This document shows, piece by piece, positions 19,311-28,573 of a DNA stretch of 64,000 nt. The notes beneath the pieces were generated by a model. That model worked only from the letters and a program-made list of their open reading frames with translations. It was not told the DNA's origin and searched no databases. A program made the position numbers and the translations under genes. Every line of letters begins with the position of its first letter. Within the stretch, counting starts at the first letter, position 1. The DNA lies in the IMG/VR virus record IMGVR_UViG_3300021976_000008, positions 25,164 to 89,163 of that record, one strand, 5' to 3'. The stretch comes from a virus (lineage: Duplodnaviria > Heunggongvirae > Uroviricota > Caudoviricetes).

Positions 19311-19733
19311 ATGCCTAGTCAGATACGGCCAGGGGATCTCGATCTAGTCGAGCCCGGCGACGATGCAGGGGTCGGCTGGGAGCCCCCGCCGCCGCTCACG
19401 GGACGCACGAGGAGCAAGCAGCCGTCCAAGTACCTCGAAGTCATTGCTCGGGCGAGTCGGGGCGCCGATGCTGGCACCCGGCCCGAGCAGATCGGAGATG
19501 AGAAGGTGCAGGTTGGTCCGTGGGCGTACTACCCCACGGACCGCAAGCCCGTGGTTGGATACGAGGCCCGCAGGCTCCTGCTCGACACCTTCGGCTCTGA
19601 CACCAGCTATCACAAGGAGAACGGCTTCTACTACGAGGTCTTGCTTCGGGAGAAGGTTGAGGTGCCGTCGAGCAGCGGCAGTAGCACGCGCACCAAGGGC
19701 GTGCTCTGGGTGCGCAGGGTCGTGACCAAGTGA
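19311..19733 (+). CDS. hypothetical protein (140 aa)
   Basis: GGAAGGAAG RBS then ATG (MPSQIR). Confidence 0.5.
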   Translation: MPSQIRPGDLDLVEPGDDAGVGWEPPPPLTGRTRSKQPSKYLEVIARASRGADAGTRPEQIGDEKVQVGPWAYYPTDRKPVVGYEARRLLLDTFGSDTSYHKENGFYYEVLLREKVEVPSSSGSSTRTKGVLWVRRVVTK

Positions 19734-20062
19734 AGACACCCGCCGACAAGCTACGAGCGATGGTCGACGCTGACCGACTGCGAGCCCCAGCAGCGCTAGA
19801 GATCCTCGAAGAGTGGGAGTCGGTCGAGCAGTGGGCCGAAGCACTCACCGAGATCGCCAGCGCGATTGCCACCGCCAAGGACAGCATCGAGGCGTACCAG
19901 TACGCCGAGGGCCGCGATGAGAAGGCAGACGCTCGCGACGACGCCCTCACTGTCATCGAAGAGCTGCTCGGCTCGATCATGACGCTGGATGAGCTGCCGG
20001 ACCTGCCGAACGTCAGCGAGACCCCGGCCATGTTCGAGATCGTCACCAAGGCAGCATCGTGA
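19730..20062 (+). CDS. hypothetical acidic protein (110 aa)
   Basis: GTGA coupling. Confidence 0.5.
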   Translation: MKTPADKLRAMVDADRLRAPAALEILEEWESVEQWAEALTEIASAIATAKDSIEAYQYAEGRDEKADARDDALTVIEELLGSIMTLDELPDLPNVSETPAMFEIVTKAAS

Positions 20063-20251
20063 GCACCGCCGAGCGCTACATCGAGCTGTGCGAGCTGGCC
20101 AAGTGCGTGGATGAAGATGAGCTGTGATGGACACACTCTCTACCGGAGCGCTGGTTCTAGCGATAGCGGGAGCCACCTACCAAGACGGGCGTTGGTTTGT
20201 CGCCGCTGGTGTGTGCGTCGGACTCAGGCTCGCTGCTGAGTGGTGGGCAGG

Positions 20252-20677
20252 ATGAGCACCGACACCACCGAGTTCGAGACTGTCGAGTGGGTCTATCTCG
20301 GCCGGCGGATCTTCAAGGGCGGCAAGCTGTCCCACGTGTTCCAATCGGACGACGACATCAAGATCTTCTCCAAGGCCCCGAGGCACCCGGTAGTGGGCGA
20401 CCTTTACGCCATCGAGTGGAACGGGCAGAGCGCGAGACTCGCTGACGCCAAGAGGCTCAGCGCAACCCACGATGAGCGCCTCTCCGAGTGGCGACTCCGC
20501 GATCGCGAAGCTCTGACCAACGACGAGGCACGCAAGGCGACCAAGCGGCTTCATGACCGCAATGGTGACCTCGGTGAGCTGACTCTGGATGATCTCAAGG
20601 CGATCATGAGCAAGCAGCCTCAACACATCCGTGCTGGCACTGTCGCTACCGTTCTGTCCTACCTGGGGGCGGTCTGA
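20252..20677 (+). CDS. hypothetical protein (141 aa)
   Basis: ATG MSTDTTEFE; coding bias. Confidence 0.5.
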   Translation: MSTDTTEFETVEWVYLGRRIFKGGKLSHVFQSDDDIKIFSKAPRHPVVGDLYAIEWNGQSARLADAKRLSATHDERLSEWRLRDREALTNDEARKATKRLHDRNGDLGELTLDDLKAIMSKQPQHIRAGTVATVLSYLGAV

Positions 20678-21027
20678 TGGTCGCCACTCAGGCGCACGGC
20701 AAGATCGGCCATACGCTTTACCGGTGGAGCCTCACTCGATGGCACGAGGAGTTCGGTGACAACGTGCTGCTAGCCGACGGCGAATGCTACGCCGGCATTC
20801 GCGAGCCCGCCCAATGGCGGGCTCGGGTCTTCGCCAAGAGGGCGCTGGATCGGTACCCCGGAGCCGACCAAATCGAAATCACCCGCGGCACCTACGAGGA
20901 GTCGATCATCGAAGATCAAGAGGTCGGCACCATCTACGACGCCGATTGGGTCAGGGATGAACGCTGGGTCGAGCACGGTTGGCCGCAGGGGTCGAGCGAG
21001 ATCGAGTGGGAAGAGGAGTCGCTGTGA
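20677..21027 (+). CDS. hypothetical protein (116 aa)
   Basis: ATG overlapping upstream stop. Confidence 0.5.
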   Translation: MVATQAHGKIGHTLYRWSLTRWHEEFGDNVLLADGECYAGIREPAQWRARVFAKRALDRYPGADQIEITRGTYEESIIEDQEVGTIYDADWVRDERWVEHGWPQGSSEIEWEEESL

Positions 21028-21320
21028 GTCACGAACGCTTCCGACTGAACGTCGACCTCGCCGCGATGAACCTGCCCCACCCGAAGCAGGAGCTGGCCGA
21101 CATGCTGCGCTACATCGCTCGGGATATCGAGAAGGGCCGCGGCGGTGACGCCGCTACAACCTGCCGTGGCGACAAGGTTGGCGAGTGGGCGCTTGAGGAC
21201 ATCTCATGTCCAAGGTGCCGTCGTGACGGCGGCTCCCGTGCCACCAACGTGCTCATCTACGCCGACGGCCGCCTCTATCGCTGCGATCAGCACGCACTCG
21301 AAGGGTCGGTGCCGTTATGA
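21024..21320 (+). CDS. hypothetical protein (98 aa) with CxxC pair
   Basis: GTGA coupling. Confidence 0.5.
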   Translation: MSHERFRLNVDLAAMNLPHPKQELADMLRYIARDIEKGRGGDAATTCRGDKVGEWALEDISCPRCRRDGGSRATNVLIYADGRLYRCDQHALEGSVPL

Positions 21321-21538
21321 GGGCCAAGCCGAAGAGACGATTCGCCGAGCTGGCTACCATCGGCTTCGAGGACGGTGCGATGTGGATCGAGTGTGAGTTG
21401 ATGGCGCCCCCCTCGATGGCGGGTCGGTCGGTCGACGTGTACTTCGACCCGGCCGAAGTGACGGAGCTGCTGCTGGACGCACGTCGCGCCGCCGTGCGTG
21501 GGCGCTCGAACAGTGAGGTAGGTCGAGTCGATGGCTGA
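21317..21538 (+). CDS. hypothetical protein (73 aa)
   Basis: ATGA coupling. Confidence 0.45.
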   Translation: MRAKPKRRFAELATIGFEDGAMWIECELMAPPSMAGRSVDVYFDPAEVTELLLDARRAAVRGRSNSEVGRVDG

Positions 21539-21773
21539 GGAAGAGCGAGGTCAGTGCCCCGACGAAGGCACGTGTCACCACGAGTGCGGTGATGCCGGCT
21601 GCTGGCGAGTCACGTTCTGTGCCCCGCTGTCGAGCTACGGCGACGACTGGACAGACGAGGATCGAGCAGCGAACCCCAACCCTCCGCTCCGGATCGAGGC
21701 GGCGCTCATCATCGAGAAGCCCCTCGGGCTGCCGAGGGGGCCGATCCTCCGTAGAGCTGGCTACGAGCCATGA
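21531..21773 (+). CDS. hypothetical Cys/His-rich protein (80 aa)
   Basis: Coupled ORF. Confidence 0.45.
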   Translation: MAEEERGQCPDEGTCHHECGDAGCWRVTFCAPLSSYGDDWTDEDRAANPNPPLRIEAALIIEKPLGLPRGPILRRAGYEP

Positions 21774-21931
21774 GCGAGACCGAGATCAAGCTGACCTGCA
21801 TGCACTGCCAGCGACCCGTCGGCAGGATCGGCGGCTGTCTCGCCAGGGCGTACACGATCGAGATGACCGGCCAGGGCGTGGGGCCGGCGTGCAGGGACAA
21901 GGGCTCGTGCCGGCGTGCCCGGCACGAGGAC
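21770..21931 (+). CDS. zinc-ribbon protein (53 aa)
   Basis: CMHCQ...C..C; ATGA coupling. Confidence 0.4.
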
Positions 21932-22023
21932 GGAAAGTAGCGACCCCCTCTTCCACCCCGCCGTGGCCGCTGCTACCGTAACGCCGTGATGCGGTATCAC
22001 ACCGGGCGGACCGGGGGAACGAA

Positions 22024-22290
22024 GTGAGCGGCGAGCACGTGTTCAAGGACCTGAAACGGCAGGTAGCGAGGGACTTCGGCGCCATGAGCCCGATGGCTCT
22101 GCAAGTCAACGCGATGCAGGCGGCCCTCGATCGCAAAGACCAGAGGATCGCCGATCTCGAACGGCAGAACGCCAGCCTGTATGCGGCGGTCGGCACCCTT
22201 GAGGGGAAGATCCTGCGGGTGGTCAGCGAGACCCGCCTCGGGCTCGCCGTGGAGAAGCTGGTCGACCACAAGAACGGCGATGGCAAGTAA
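22024..22290 (+). CDS. hypothetical coiled-coil protein (88 aa)
   Basis: GTG start 24 nt downstream of a palindromic operator-like site. Confidence 0.45.
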   Translation: MSGEHVFKDLKRQVARDFGAMSPMALQVNAMQAALDRKDQRIADLERQNASLYAAVGTLEGKILRVVSETRLGLAVEKLVDHKNGDGK

Positions 22291-22308
22291 AGCCCCCCAA
22301 GGAGAGCG

Positions 22309-22563
22309 ATGAAGATCATCCGGCGGACAGCAATGCTGATCGTGGTCATGCTGCCGGCGATTGCCTGCGGTAGTGACGACGATGGCATAGACGAATCTGC
22401 ACCACCCGAAGAGTGGTGCGAGAGTCTATGGGAAGAAGGGCTCGCCCCGTCCGACTGGGATCACGCCCGGTTCATGCGCGACTGCTTAACCGCTCTCGAA
22501 GCCGGGTTCGCCCGCGACGTGACGCTTGACATCTACGAGGAACGCAAGGCTGCCGGTGGATGA
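22309..22563 (+). CDS. lipoprotein (84 aa, signal peptide + lipobox AIACG)
   Basis: MKIIRRTAMLIVVMLPAIAC. Confidence 0.5.
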   Translation: MKIIRRTAMLIVVMLPAIACGSDDDGIDESAPPEEWCESLWEEGLAPSDWDHARFMRDCLTALEAGFARDVTLDIYEERKAAGG

Positions 22564-22614
22564 TCCGGTCGGAAGACTCGTCGCTGCGTTGGCGCGACGT
22601 AGCGGAGGCGAACC

Positions 22615-22803
22615 ATGTCTGAACAACACCGTGCCCCACGTTGGTGGCGCTGGCTGCGAGCGTTCATCGGTGGCTACTTTTGGTGGCCGTGCCCGAGATG
22701 CGGGGAGCCGTTCGCTGGGTACGAAGTCACTGGTGCCACCATCGAGCGTGGGGGCAAATCCTGGGCCGTGTGCCCGCCCTGCGCCAGAGACATCAGAGAA
22801 TGA
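22615..22803 (+). CDS. zinc-ribbon protein (62 aa)
   Basis: CPRCGEP...CPPC. Confidence 0.45.
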   Translation: MSEQHRAPRWWRWLRAFIGGYFWWPCPRCGEPFAGYEVTGATIERGGKSWAVCPPCARDIRE

Positions 22804-22900
22804 CCCCATCGCCCGCCTGGTGGCCGATGGGCGGCGCCTCAGCGCCGCCTGGGGACAAGCCCTACTCGAACCCAACTCACGCAACGAGGGCGCAACCTAA

Positions 22901-23212
22901 GTGGTGAAACGAGTCCACGATCTACATGCGCTCCTGGCGCTCAGTCGCCCCGGCGAACTCATACTCGACACCGATTCCATCGTCGGCCAGCACCGACGAC
23001 TCGACGTCGTAGACGAGCCCGTCGAAGGCATCCCTGCTGTCAGGAGCGTTGACGGCATGGCCATGCCGCTGATGCGCTGCCACATCGACGGCGAAGGCAG
23101 CGGCCTCGAAGACCTCATGCGCCTAGGACAACTAGTCGCCACGCAGCAACAGGTGCGGCTAGAGCTAGTCCGGTTCACCTTTCGCCACCACATCCAATGG
23201 ATCGAGCCATGA
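22901..23212 (+). CDS. hypothetical protein (103 aa)
   Basis: GTG start; ATGA coupling to next gene. Confidence 0.4.
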   Translation: MVKRVHDLHALLALSRPGELILDTDSIVGQHRRLDVVDEPVEGIPAVRSVDGMAMPLMRCHIDGEGSGLEDLMRLGQLVATQQQVRLELVRFTFRHHIQWIEP

Positions 23213-23601
23213 GAACATTCCACAAGGACGGCACGTTGCCCGATGACGACGACGTGATCTTCGTGTTCGGCAGCAACATGGCCGGCTTCCACGGTGCTGG
23301 CGCCGCCAGGGTCGCAGCGCATCAGTTCGGGGCCGTGCATCGCATCGGTGTCGGGCGTCGGGGCTCGTCATATGCCATCCCGACCAAGGACTTCGAGATC
23401 CGCACGCTGCCTCTACCGATCATCAGGGTCTATGTAGACAGGTTCGTCGCCTACGCCAGTGAGAACTCGGATCTGACATTCTTCGTCACCTCGATCGGCT
23501 GCGGGCTGGCGGGCTACGAGCCTGCAGCGATCGCGCCGTTGTTCAAGGGTGCCCCAGAGACATGCAGCTTCCCCGACACCTGGGAGGAGCGTCTTGGCTA
23601 A
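23209..23601 (+). CDS. conserved phage protein with Rossmann-like motif VIFVFGSNMAGFHGAGAA
   Basis: Gly-rich loop GSN.AG.HG.GAA..A and SYAIPT resemble a widespread phage/bacterial small domain; family name not recalled with certainty. Confidence 0.45.
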   Translation: MRTFHKDGTLPDDDDVIFVFGSNMAGFHGAGAARVAAHQFGAVHRIGVGRRGSSYAIPTKDFEIRTLPLPIIRVYVDRFVAYASENSDLTFFVTSIGCGLAGYEPAAIAPLFKGAPETCSFPDTWEERLG

Positions 23602-23815
23602 CGCGATACATCCAGCCAGGATCGATCACGTTATATACGTCGCCTACGGTCTCGAAGAGTTCACCATCGTCGAGTTAGCTAATAAATCTGACGAACTGGT
23701 GACGGTCGTCAGGAAGTTAGTTGACAAGAAATTCGCTGCTGGCGAGTTGATTCGGATGAACAAAGGCAGCAGATACAACCCAAGTAAGTACAGGTGGGCT
23801 TCCGATGACAGGTGA
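23594..23815 (+). CDS. hypothetical protein (73 aa) in a low-GC patch
   Basis: TTG start 5 nt after GGGAGGAG RBS; local GC about 50%. Confidence 0.4.
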   Translation: MANAIHPARIDHVIYVAYGLEEFTIVELANKSDELVTVVRKLVDKKFAAGELIRMNKGSRYNPSKYRWASDDR

Positions 23816-23923
23816 CGACCAATTAGAGAGGAAGGCCGTAATGATCAAGGTTCTCGGAATAGCACTCTTCACCGGATGCGTTGCCGTCTGGCTCTACGCA
23901 CACCTGCGCGGGAGGAAGCAGTG

Positions 23924-24073
23924 ATGAACGAGGACAAGGCGACCGAGGACTTTGGGTTCCTAACCCGGATGTTCCAGGAAGTCGATCTTGCCCTGTACGA
24001 CGCGGAGCTGAAGGTGCAGGCGTTCAAGCGCGGTTCGAGACGGTGGCTCCCGGAACGTGGGGTGGCGTCATGA
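23924..24073 (+). CDS. hypothetical protein (49 aa)
   Basis: Short ORF with ATGA coupling to the next gene. Confidence 0.3.
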   Translation: MNEDKATEDFGFLTRMFQEVDLALYDAELKVQAFKRGSRRWLPERGVAS

Positions 24074-24324
24074 ACGGCTGGCTCCTTGCCATGGAGACGG
24101 AGTCGGCGAACGCGATCTTCTACATCTGCGTGGCAGCCGTTGCCGTCGTCTTCATCATCTGCGCAGCGTGGGTCTTGCGGGGCTGGGGTCCTCTGCAGGG
24201 GCCAGCGGTCAAGGTGAGTGATCCGCCCATGTGGTCAGAGACGACGGTTGAGTACGGGCCAGCAGCGGCATCGAGTGCTCCCGCTGCGGACAAGACCGAA
24301 GAGGCGACAGGAGAACAGCAGTGA
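24070..24324 (+). CDS. membrane protein (84 aa)
   Basis: TM helix AIFYICVAAVAVVFIICAAWVL. Confidence 0.45.
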   Translation: MNGWLLAMETESANAIFYICVAAVAVVFIICAAWVLRGWGPLQGPAVKVSDPPMWSETTVEYGPAAASSAPAADKTEEATGEQQ

Positions 24325-24809
24325 GATCCCCCACAGTCAACGGAGACCTCGATGGGGCCGCATTTGCCGTCCAGGTTGGAGCCCGACTCCGAGCCTTGCG
24401 TAAGGCCAGGATGTGGTCGCTTCAAGACGTCGTGAACCGGCAGGCCGGTTGGAGCGCCTCGGCGATAGGAGCCTGGGAGCGAGGCTCACGCGCCATCAGC
24501 GTGCCCCTCCTCTACGAGGTCGCTGCTTTCTACGGCGTCTCTGTCTCGCTTCTACTCGGCGGCGACCGTGAACTGAAGCCGAAGCCCAAGCAACGCCGGC
24601 TGGTCTTCGATCTCGAAGCCCTGCAAAGCACTCCCGACGCTGCCATGGTCGAGCGCTTCGTCCGGACGATCATCGTCGAGCGCGGCGACTACAACGGTCG
24701 GGTCCTGACGATCCGCGACGACGACATGAACGCGATCTGCACGCTGGTCGGCGTCGAGACCCACGCCGAGGCGATCGCTCAGCTCGACAACTGGGGCGTA
24801 CTCGCGTGA
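24321..24809 (+). CDS. helix-turn-helix (XRE-like) DNA-binding protein
   Basis: LRALRKARMWSLQDVVNRQAGWSASAIGAWERG HTH; GTGA coupling. Confidence 0.55.
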   Translation: MRSPTVNGDLDGAAFAVQVGARLRALRKARMWSLQDVVNRQAGWSASAIGAWERGSRAISVPLLYEVAAFYGVSVSLLLGGDRELKPKPKQRRLVFDLEALQSTPDAAMVERFVRTIIVERGDYNGRVLTIRDDDMNAICTLVGVETHAEAIAQLDNWGVLA

Positions 24810-24894
24810 GCCGAGCCGTCGCCTGGACCGTGGGCGTCTCCGGTCTCCTGGCCTTCTGGCTCTACGTCGTCATCGGCACCCAGAAGGGATGGCT

Positions 24895-25059
24895 GTGAAC
24901 CAGCGCAAGTGGGTGCTCCACCTCGATCTCACCCGGTTCGGCGATCAGGGCGACGAGATCCAACACGAGATCGAGCACCTGCTTCAGGGCCACGCCTACC
25001 TCGCTGATGTCGCTCCCCATGACATCCGCACGTGGAAAGAGGTCGAGGGGACTTGACGA
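24895..25059 (+). CDS. hypothetical protein (54 aa)
   Basis: Short ORF after a 30-aa membrane peptide ORF. Confidence 0.3.
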
Positions 25060-25248
25060 CCAGCGCCATCTGGCCCTAGCTTTACCCCTGTCGTCAGTAC
25101 GGCGGCAATCCATCATCAACACCAACTGAATGCCGATTCCGTAGAACACCCGCCCAGGCGGGTGTTCTACGTTTGTATCTCCGTGACTCGGAGAGCCCCG
25201 GGCGATCGTATGAACGCCAGCTCGGATGTCGTCCGGTAGACGCGGAAA

Positions 25249-25279
25249 GGCCCGGCCCTTTGGGGCCGGGCCTTTGTCG
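25249..25279. terminator. bidirectional rho-independent terminator GGCCCGGCCC-TTTG-GGGCCGGGCC with T-runs on both strands
   Basis: Perfect 10-bp stem plus flanking TTTG / TTTCC. Confidence 0.7.
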
Positions 25280-25285
25280 AGGAGA

Positions 25286-25888
25286 TCACTCCGGCGTCGG
25301 CGTCTCCGCCGGCTTGACCTGGTACAGATGCGGTGCCCGGCCGCGACCGGTGTAGTCGGGCGTCGGACCCAGCTTCTCGACCTGACCAGAGGCAACCAGC
25401 TCATCGAGGGCGCCGCGGACGGTGGCCTGGCTGCTGCCGATGGCCTCGATGACCTCGGCGAGCTGGAAGGGCTTCGTCAGGGTGAGCACGTGGGCCTTGA
25501 CCGCCTCGACCGGCACGGCCTTCGCCCGCAGACGAGCGGCACCGCCGAGCTTCGGACGAGAGACGGTGATGTCGAAGCCGGCGGCACGCAGCACCTCGGG
25601 CGGCACCTTCAGATCCGTGAACGCCTTCCACGGGACACCCGCCTCCTCACTCCATGCCTTCGCATGGGCGACGAACCCCTCACGCAGCGGTGCCTCGTCC
25701 ATGTTGGTGGCCGCGTCCAACGCAGCGAAGGCCTTCAGCTTGTCGATCGGGTCGATCGCCCCGGCGACATCCTTGGTCGCCTTCTCGACCTCGTCGGCGT
25801 CGATGAGCTGCCTCGGGTCGTCGAGATAGAGCATGTAGTTGCGGACGGCGTCCTCGGGCTTGGTCTTATCGGTGGTGGTCTTCGGCAT
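25286..25888 (-). CDS. winged-helix DNA-binding protein (200 aa), terminator-flanked stand-alone unit; candidate regulator
   Basis: C-terminal QATVRGALDELVASGQVEKL wHTH; hairpin terminators on both sides. Confidence 0.5.
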   Translation of the reverse strand: MPKTTTDKTKPEDAVRNYMLYLDDPRQLIDADEVEKATKDVAGAIDPIDKLKAFAALDAATNMDEAPLREGFVAHAKAWSEEAGVPWKAFTDLKVPPEVLRAAGFDITVSRPKLGGAARLRAKAVPVEAVKAHVLTLTKPFQLAEVIEAIGSSQATVRGALDELVASGQVEKLGPTPDYTGRGRAPHLYQVKPAETPTPE

Positions 25889-25969
25889 AGCCGGCACCCT
25901 AGCGCTTAGAGAGAAGGATGCGATGGATCATCACGAAACAGGCAAGAAAAATCCCCGTCGACGCGGAAA

Positions 25970-25993
25970 GGCCGGCTCTCATCGGAGCCGGCC
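25970..25993 (-). terminator. terminator hairpin GGCCGGCTC-loop-GAGCCGGCC followed by TTTCC on minus strand, downstream of integrase
   Basis: Stem-loop 40 bp after the integrase stop codon. Confidence 0.6.
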
Positions 25994-26033
25994 TGATCCT
26001 AAAGTCCTGGTAGATCGGCGCTTCTGCGATCTC

Positions 26034-27578
26034 CTAAGCCGCCGCTTCCCCGGTACCCGCTGGCGCATTGTCCATCGCGATGGGTGTAAGGCAGCGAGTC
26101 CCATCGCGCCCGGGGAGGTCTCGGGGGACGCTGGGGTCGTTGCGAGTCCAGATGCGGAACTCCCCGCCACGCTGGACGGCGATGACCTCGAAGGCATCGG
26201 CTAGGAACGCTCGCCTCTCTTCGATACCGAGCGTCTCCCAGATCTCGCTGAGGTTCACGGGCAGAGCAACGCCGAGCACGGCGTTGCGAGCTTCAGCGAC
26301 AGCCTCGCGAGCTTCCATTACCCGAGCCAGACGAGCCTGTTGCCCGTCCTCGACCCAGGACTTGCCCAGAACCCGCCCCATTTCGATCGTGCTGTCCGAG
26401 ACGAGGAACTCCCTCAGCTCTGCCTCTGCGGTCTCCTGCTCCAACAGCGCGGCTTCTAGGGCGTCTGTGGACACCTCGCCACGAGCGAAGCGATCGCAGC
26501 ACGGACCGAGGAACTTGGTCCTGAAGACCTCCTCGACCGCTGCCTCGATGACGTCAGCTCGGATACGGGCCGGCGCCGGGCACTTGCCGAACGTGTGGTT
26601 GCGGCGGCAGTCGTAGTAGCGGTAGTGGCCGTAGGCGTTCTTGGTGCCGACGCCGCGCATGGTGACACCGCAGCCGGTGCAGCGGATGATGCTGGTGAGC
26701 TTGTACGTGGCCTCGTCGTTCCGCAGGACGTTCCGGTTGTGAGCGTTGGCTCGCTGCCACAGATCGAGCGACACGATGCCCTTGTGGGCGTTGAGGTTCA
26801 CGAACTCACCCGAGGTGATCTCGCCGAGGTAGACGCGAGACTGGACGAGGCGGCGCACACTGTTGATCCCCCAGAGGCCGCCTTCTCTAGTCCGGATGCC
26901 CCCTTCGTTGAGCCAGTCGGCGATCTTGGCCCAGGCCATTGGCCCGGTAGTGCCGTCGGGTCGGGGAGCTTCGGCTCGCCGCTCGAACATGCCGACGACC
27001 CAGTCCTCCTCGTCGGGGACGGACACCAAGCGACGCGTTCCGATGAGCTTGCCGTTCGGACCGGGCACGCCGTCCTTGCGGTAGCCGTAGGGCTCGGCTG
27101 TGTGGACACCGTTGGCGACGCGGCGCCGGGTGACGTCCTCCCAGCCCTTGGTGACGGACTTGAGGTACCACTCAGCCATCCACAGCAGCACGGCCAGGAT
27201 CAACTGCGACAACTCGCTACCGTCGCCGTAGATGCCGTCCTTGACGGCGATGAACACCTTGCCGTTGTTCTCCAACTCGCGCACGGCCAGGAGACCACCG
27301 ATCATGTCGCGAGCGAGGCGATCGACCTTCATGACGATGATCCCGTCGGCCTCGTCAGCAAGAACCCCAGCGACGGCTTTCTGAAGCTCCTTGCGCTCGA
27401 CCGTCTTGCCCGAGACCGAGTCGGACTCATCGAACCAGTGCACGATGCGGTGGCCGTTGGCCTTGGCCCAGGCCTCGCAGGAATCGACCTGCTCGAAGGG
27501 CGAGTGGTACGAACCGTTGTCCGAATCCGAGCGGTTGTTGTCTCGGGAGACACGCTTGATGCCGAAGAGGTCAGCCAT
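26034..27578 (-). CDS. int: large serine recombinase (phage integrase, resolvase catalytic domain + recombinase domain + zinc ribbon/coiled coil)
   Basis: N-terminal resolvase motifs with catalytic Ser (VSRDNNRSDS...), RLARD, long C-terminal recombinase domain with Cys cluster CTGCGV..C. Confidence 0.9.
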   Translation of the reverse strand: MADLFGIKRVSRDNNRSDSDNGSYHSPFEQVDSCEAWAKANGHRIVHWFDESDSVSGKTVERKELQKAVAGVLADEADGIIVMKVDRLARDMIGGLLAVRELENNGKVFIAVKDGIYGDGSELSQLILAVLLWMAEWYLKSVTKGWEDVTRRRVANGVHTAEPYGYRKDGVPGPNGKLIGTRRLVSVPDEEDWVVGMFERRAEAPRPDGTTGPMAWAKIADWLNEGGIRTREGGLWGINSVRRLVQSRVYLGEITSGEFVNLNAHKGIVSLDLWQRANAHNRNVLRNDEATYKLTSIIRCTGCGVTMRGVGTKNAYGHYRYYDCRRNHTFGKCPAPARIRADVIEAAVEEVFRTKFLGPCCDRFARGEVSTDALEAALLEQETAEAELREFLVSDSTIEMGRVLGKSWVEDGQQARLARVMEAREAVAEARNAVLGVALPVNLSEIWETLGIEERRAFLADAFEVIAVQRGGEFRIWTRNDPSVPRDLPGRDGTRCLTPIAMDNAPAGTGEAAA

Positions 27579-27808
27579 CAGCGGACTTCCATGAACTCGG
27601 CAATGCCTTCGACCGCCTGGGACTTGGTCTTCCAGTAGTGCCCGCATTCGCATGACACCGAGGCGAACCCGCCAGCTTCAGCGAGGGCCTCGCCCATGAT
27701 CATCTCGCCGGTCTCCTCATCGATCGAGACGTCCTGCACGAGGACGCCTCGACGGATTACGCGGAAGGTGAGTGAGCCGCAGCTGGTCGGGCAGTAGAGA
27801 CGGCGCAT
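27578..27808 (-). CDS. zinc-ribbon protein (76 aa) translationally coupled to integrase
   Basis: CPTSC...CECGHYW; TGATG overlap with int start. Confidence 0.5.
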   Translation of the reverse strand: MRRLYCPTSCGSLTFRVIRRGVLVQDVSIDEETGEMIMGEALAEAGGFASVSCECGHYWKTKSQAVEGIAEFMEVR

Positions 27809-28185
27809 CACTTGGCCTTCCTCAGACTCATCCGCAGAGCGTCGACGGTGATCGGGGCGACGTAACCATGCGGGCTGCGAACGTGCTGCTTGTAGCAGCC
27901 GGCATCTTCGACCCACACCGGAGAGCCGACGACCTCGTACTCGCCGATCGGGTCGCTGAACTTCGATCCGACCGGCACGCCGTTGACCTCTGGCTGCTCG
28001 GGCAGCGTGATCTTGGCCGGAGCCCATTCGGCGCTGGCCAGCTCGACTCCGCCGATGTCGGTGGAGAGCCGGTGTCGCAGATCCTCGGTGAACGTGTCGA
28101 TGATGTCGGCGGCGAGATCCTCGGGGTCGGTCAGGGCCGGGTCAAGGTCGTCAGAGACCTTGACCCGGATGATCAGCTCGGCCAT
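27808..28185 (-). CDS. hypothetical acidic protein (125 aa)
   Basis: Coupled ORF in the int operon. Confidence 0.5.
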   Translation of the reverse strand: MAELIIRVKVSDDLDPALTDPEDLAADIIDTFTEDLRHRLSTDIGGVELASAEWAPAKITLPEQPEVNGVPVGSKFSDPIGEYEVVGSPVWVEDAGCYKQHVRSPHGYVAPITVDALRMSLRKAK

Positions 28186-28352
28186 CAGGCCACCATCCCG
28201 TTGTTCAGGTCGTCGTCCATCGTGCGACCTTTGGCCTCGTACCAGGCCTGCACCTGCGCCCGAGACGCGAGTCCCAGGCGGCCGTAGAAGGCGTTGATCT
28301 GTCGTCGGGTGTCGTCGTCCACCTCGACGGTGTAGCTCACTCGTACTCGCAT
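28185..28352 (-). CDS. small protein (55 aa), ribbon-helix-helix-like N-terminus (low confidence)
   Basis: MRVRVSYTVEVDDDTRRQINAFYGRLGL; coupled ORF below the 60-aa ORF-track cutoff. Confidence 0.35.
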   Translation of the reverse strand: MRVRVSYTVEVDDDTRRQINAFYGRLGLASRAQVQAWYEAKGRTMDDDLNNGMVA

Positions 28353-28573
28353 CACTCAGCCGCCTTGTGCTTGTGCGTGTTGAACTCGTCGTCCGCCTCT
28401 GCCCGGCTCACCGCTTGAGCGGGGAAATCGTCGCACTCCTCGCAGTGGACGTCGTAGGCGGTGTGCTTCGACTCGCCGACCACTCGGCCGTACCGCTCGA
28501 TCTCGTAGGTGACCTCCGTCTCTACGAGCTGCAACGGCCCGTTCTCCTCGATGACGTGGCTCGTGATGGACAT
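28352..28573 (-). CDS. hypothetical protein (73 aa)
   Basis: ATGA coupling. Confidence 0.45.
   Translation of the reverse strand: MSITSHVIEENGPLQLVETEVTYEIERYGRVVGESKHTAYDVHCEECDDFPAQAVSRAEADDEFNTHKHKAAE

Noticed and set aside
19441-20136. 231-aa minus-strand ORF
   Set aside because: Ser/Ala/Arg-rich antisense of coupled plus-strand genes.
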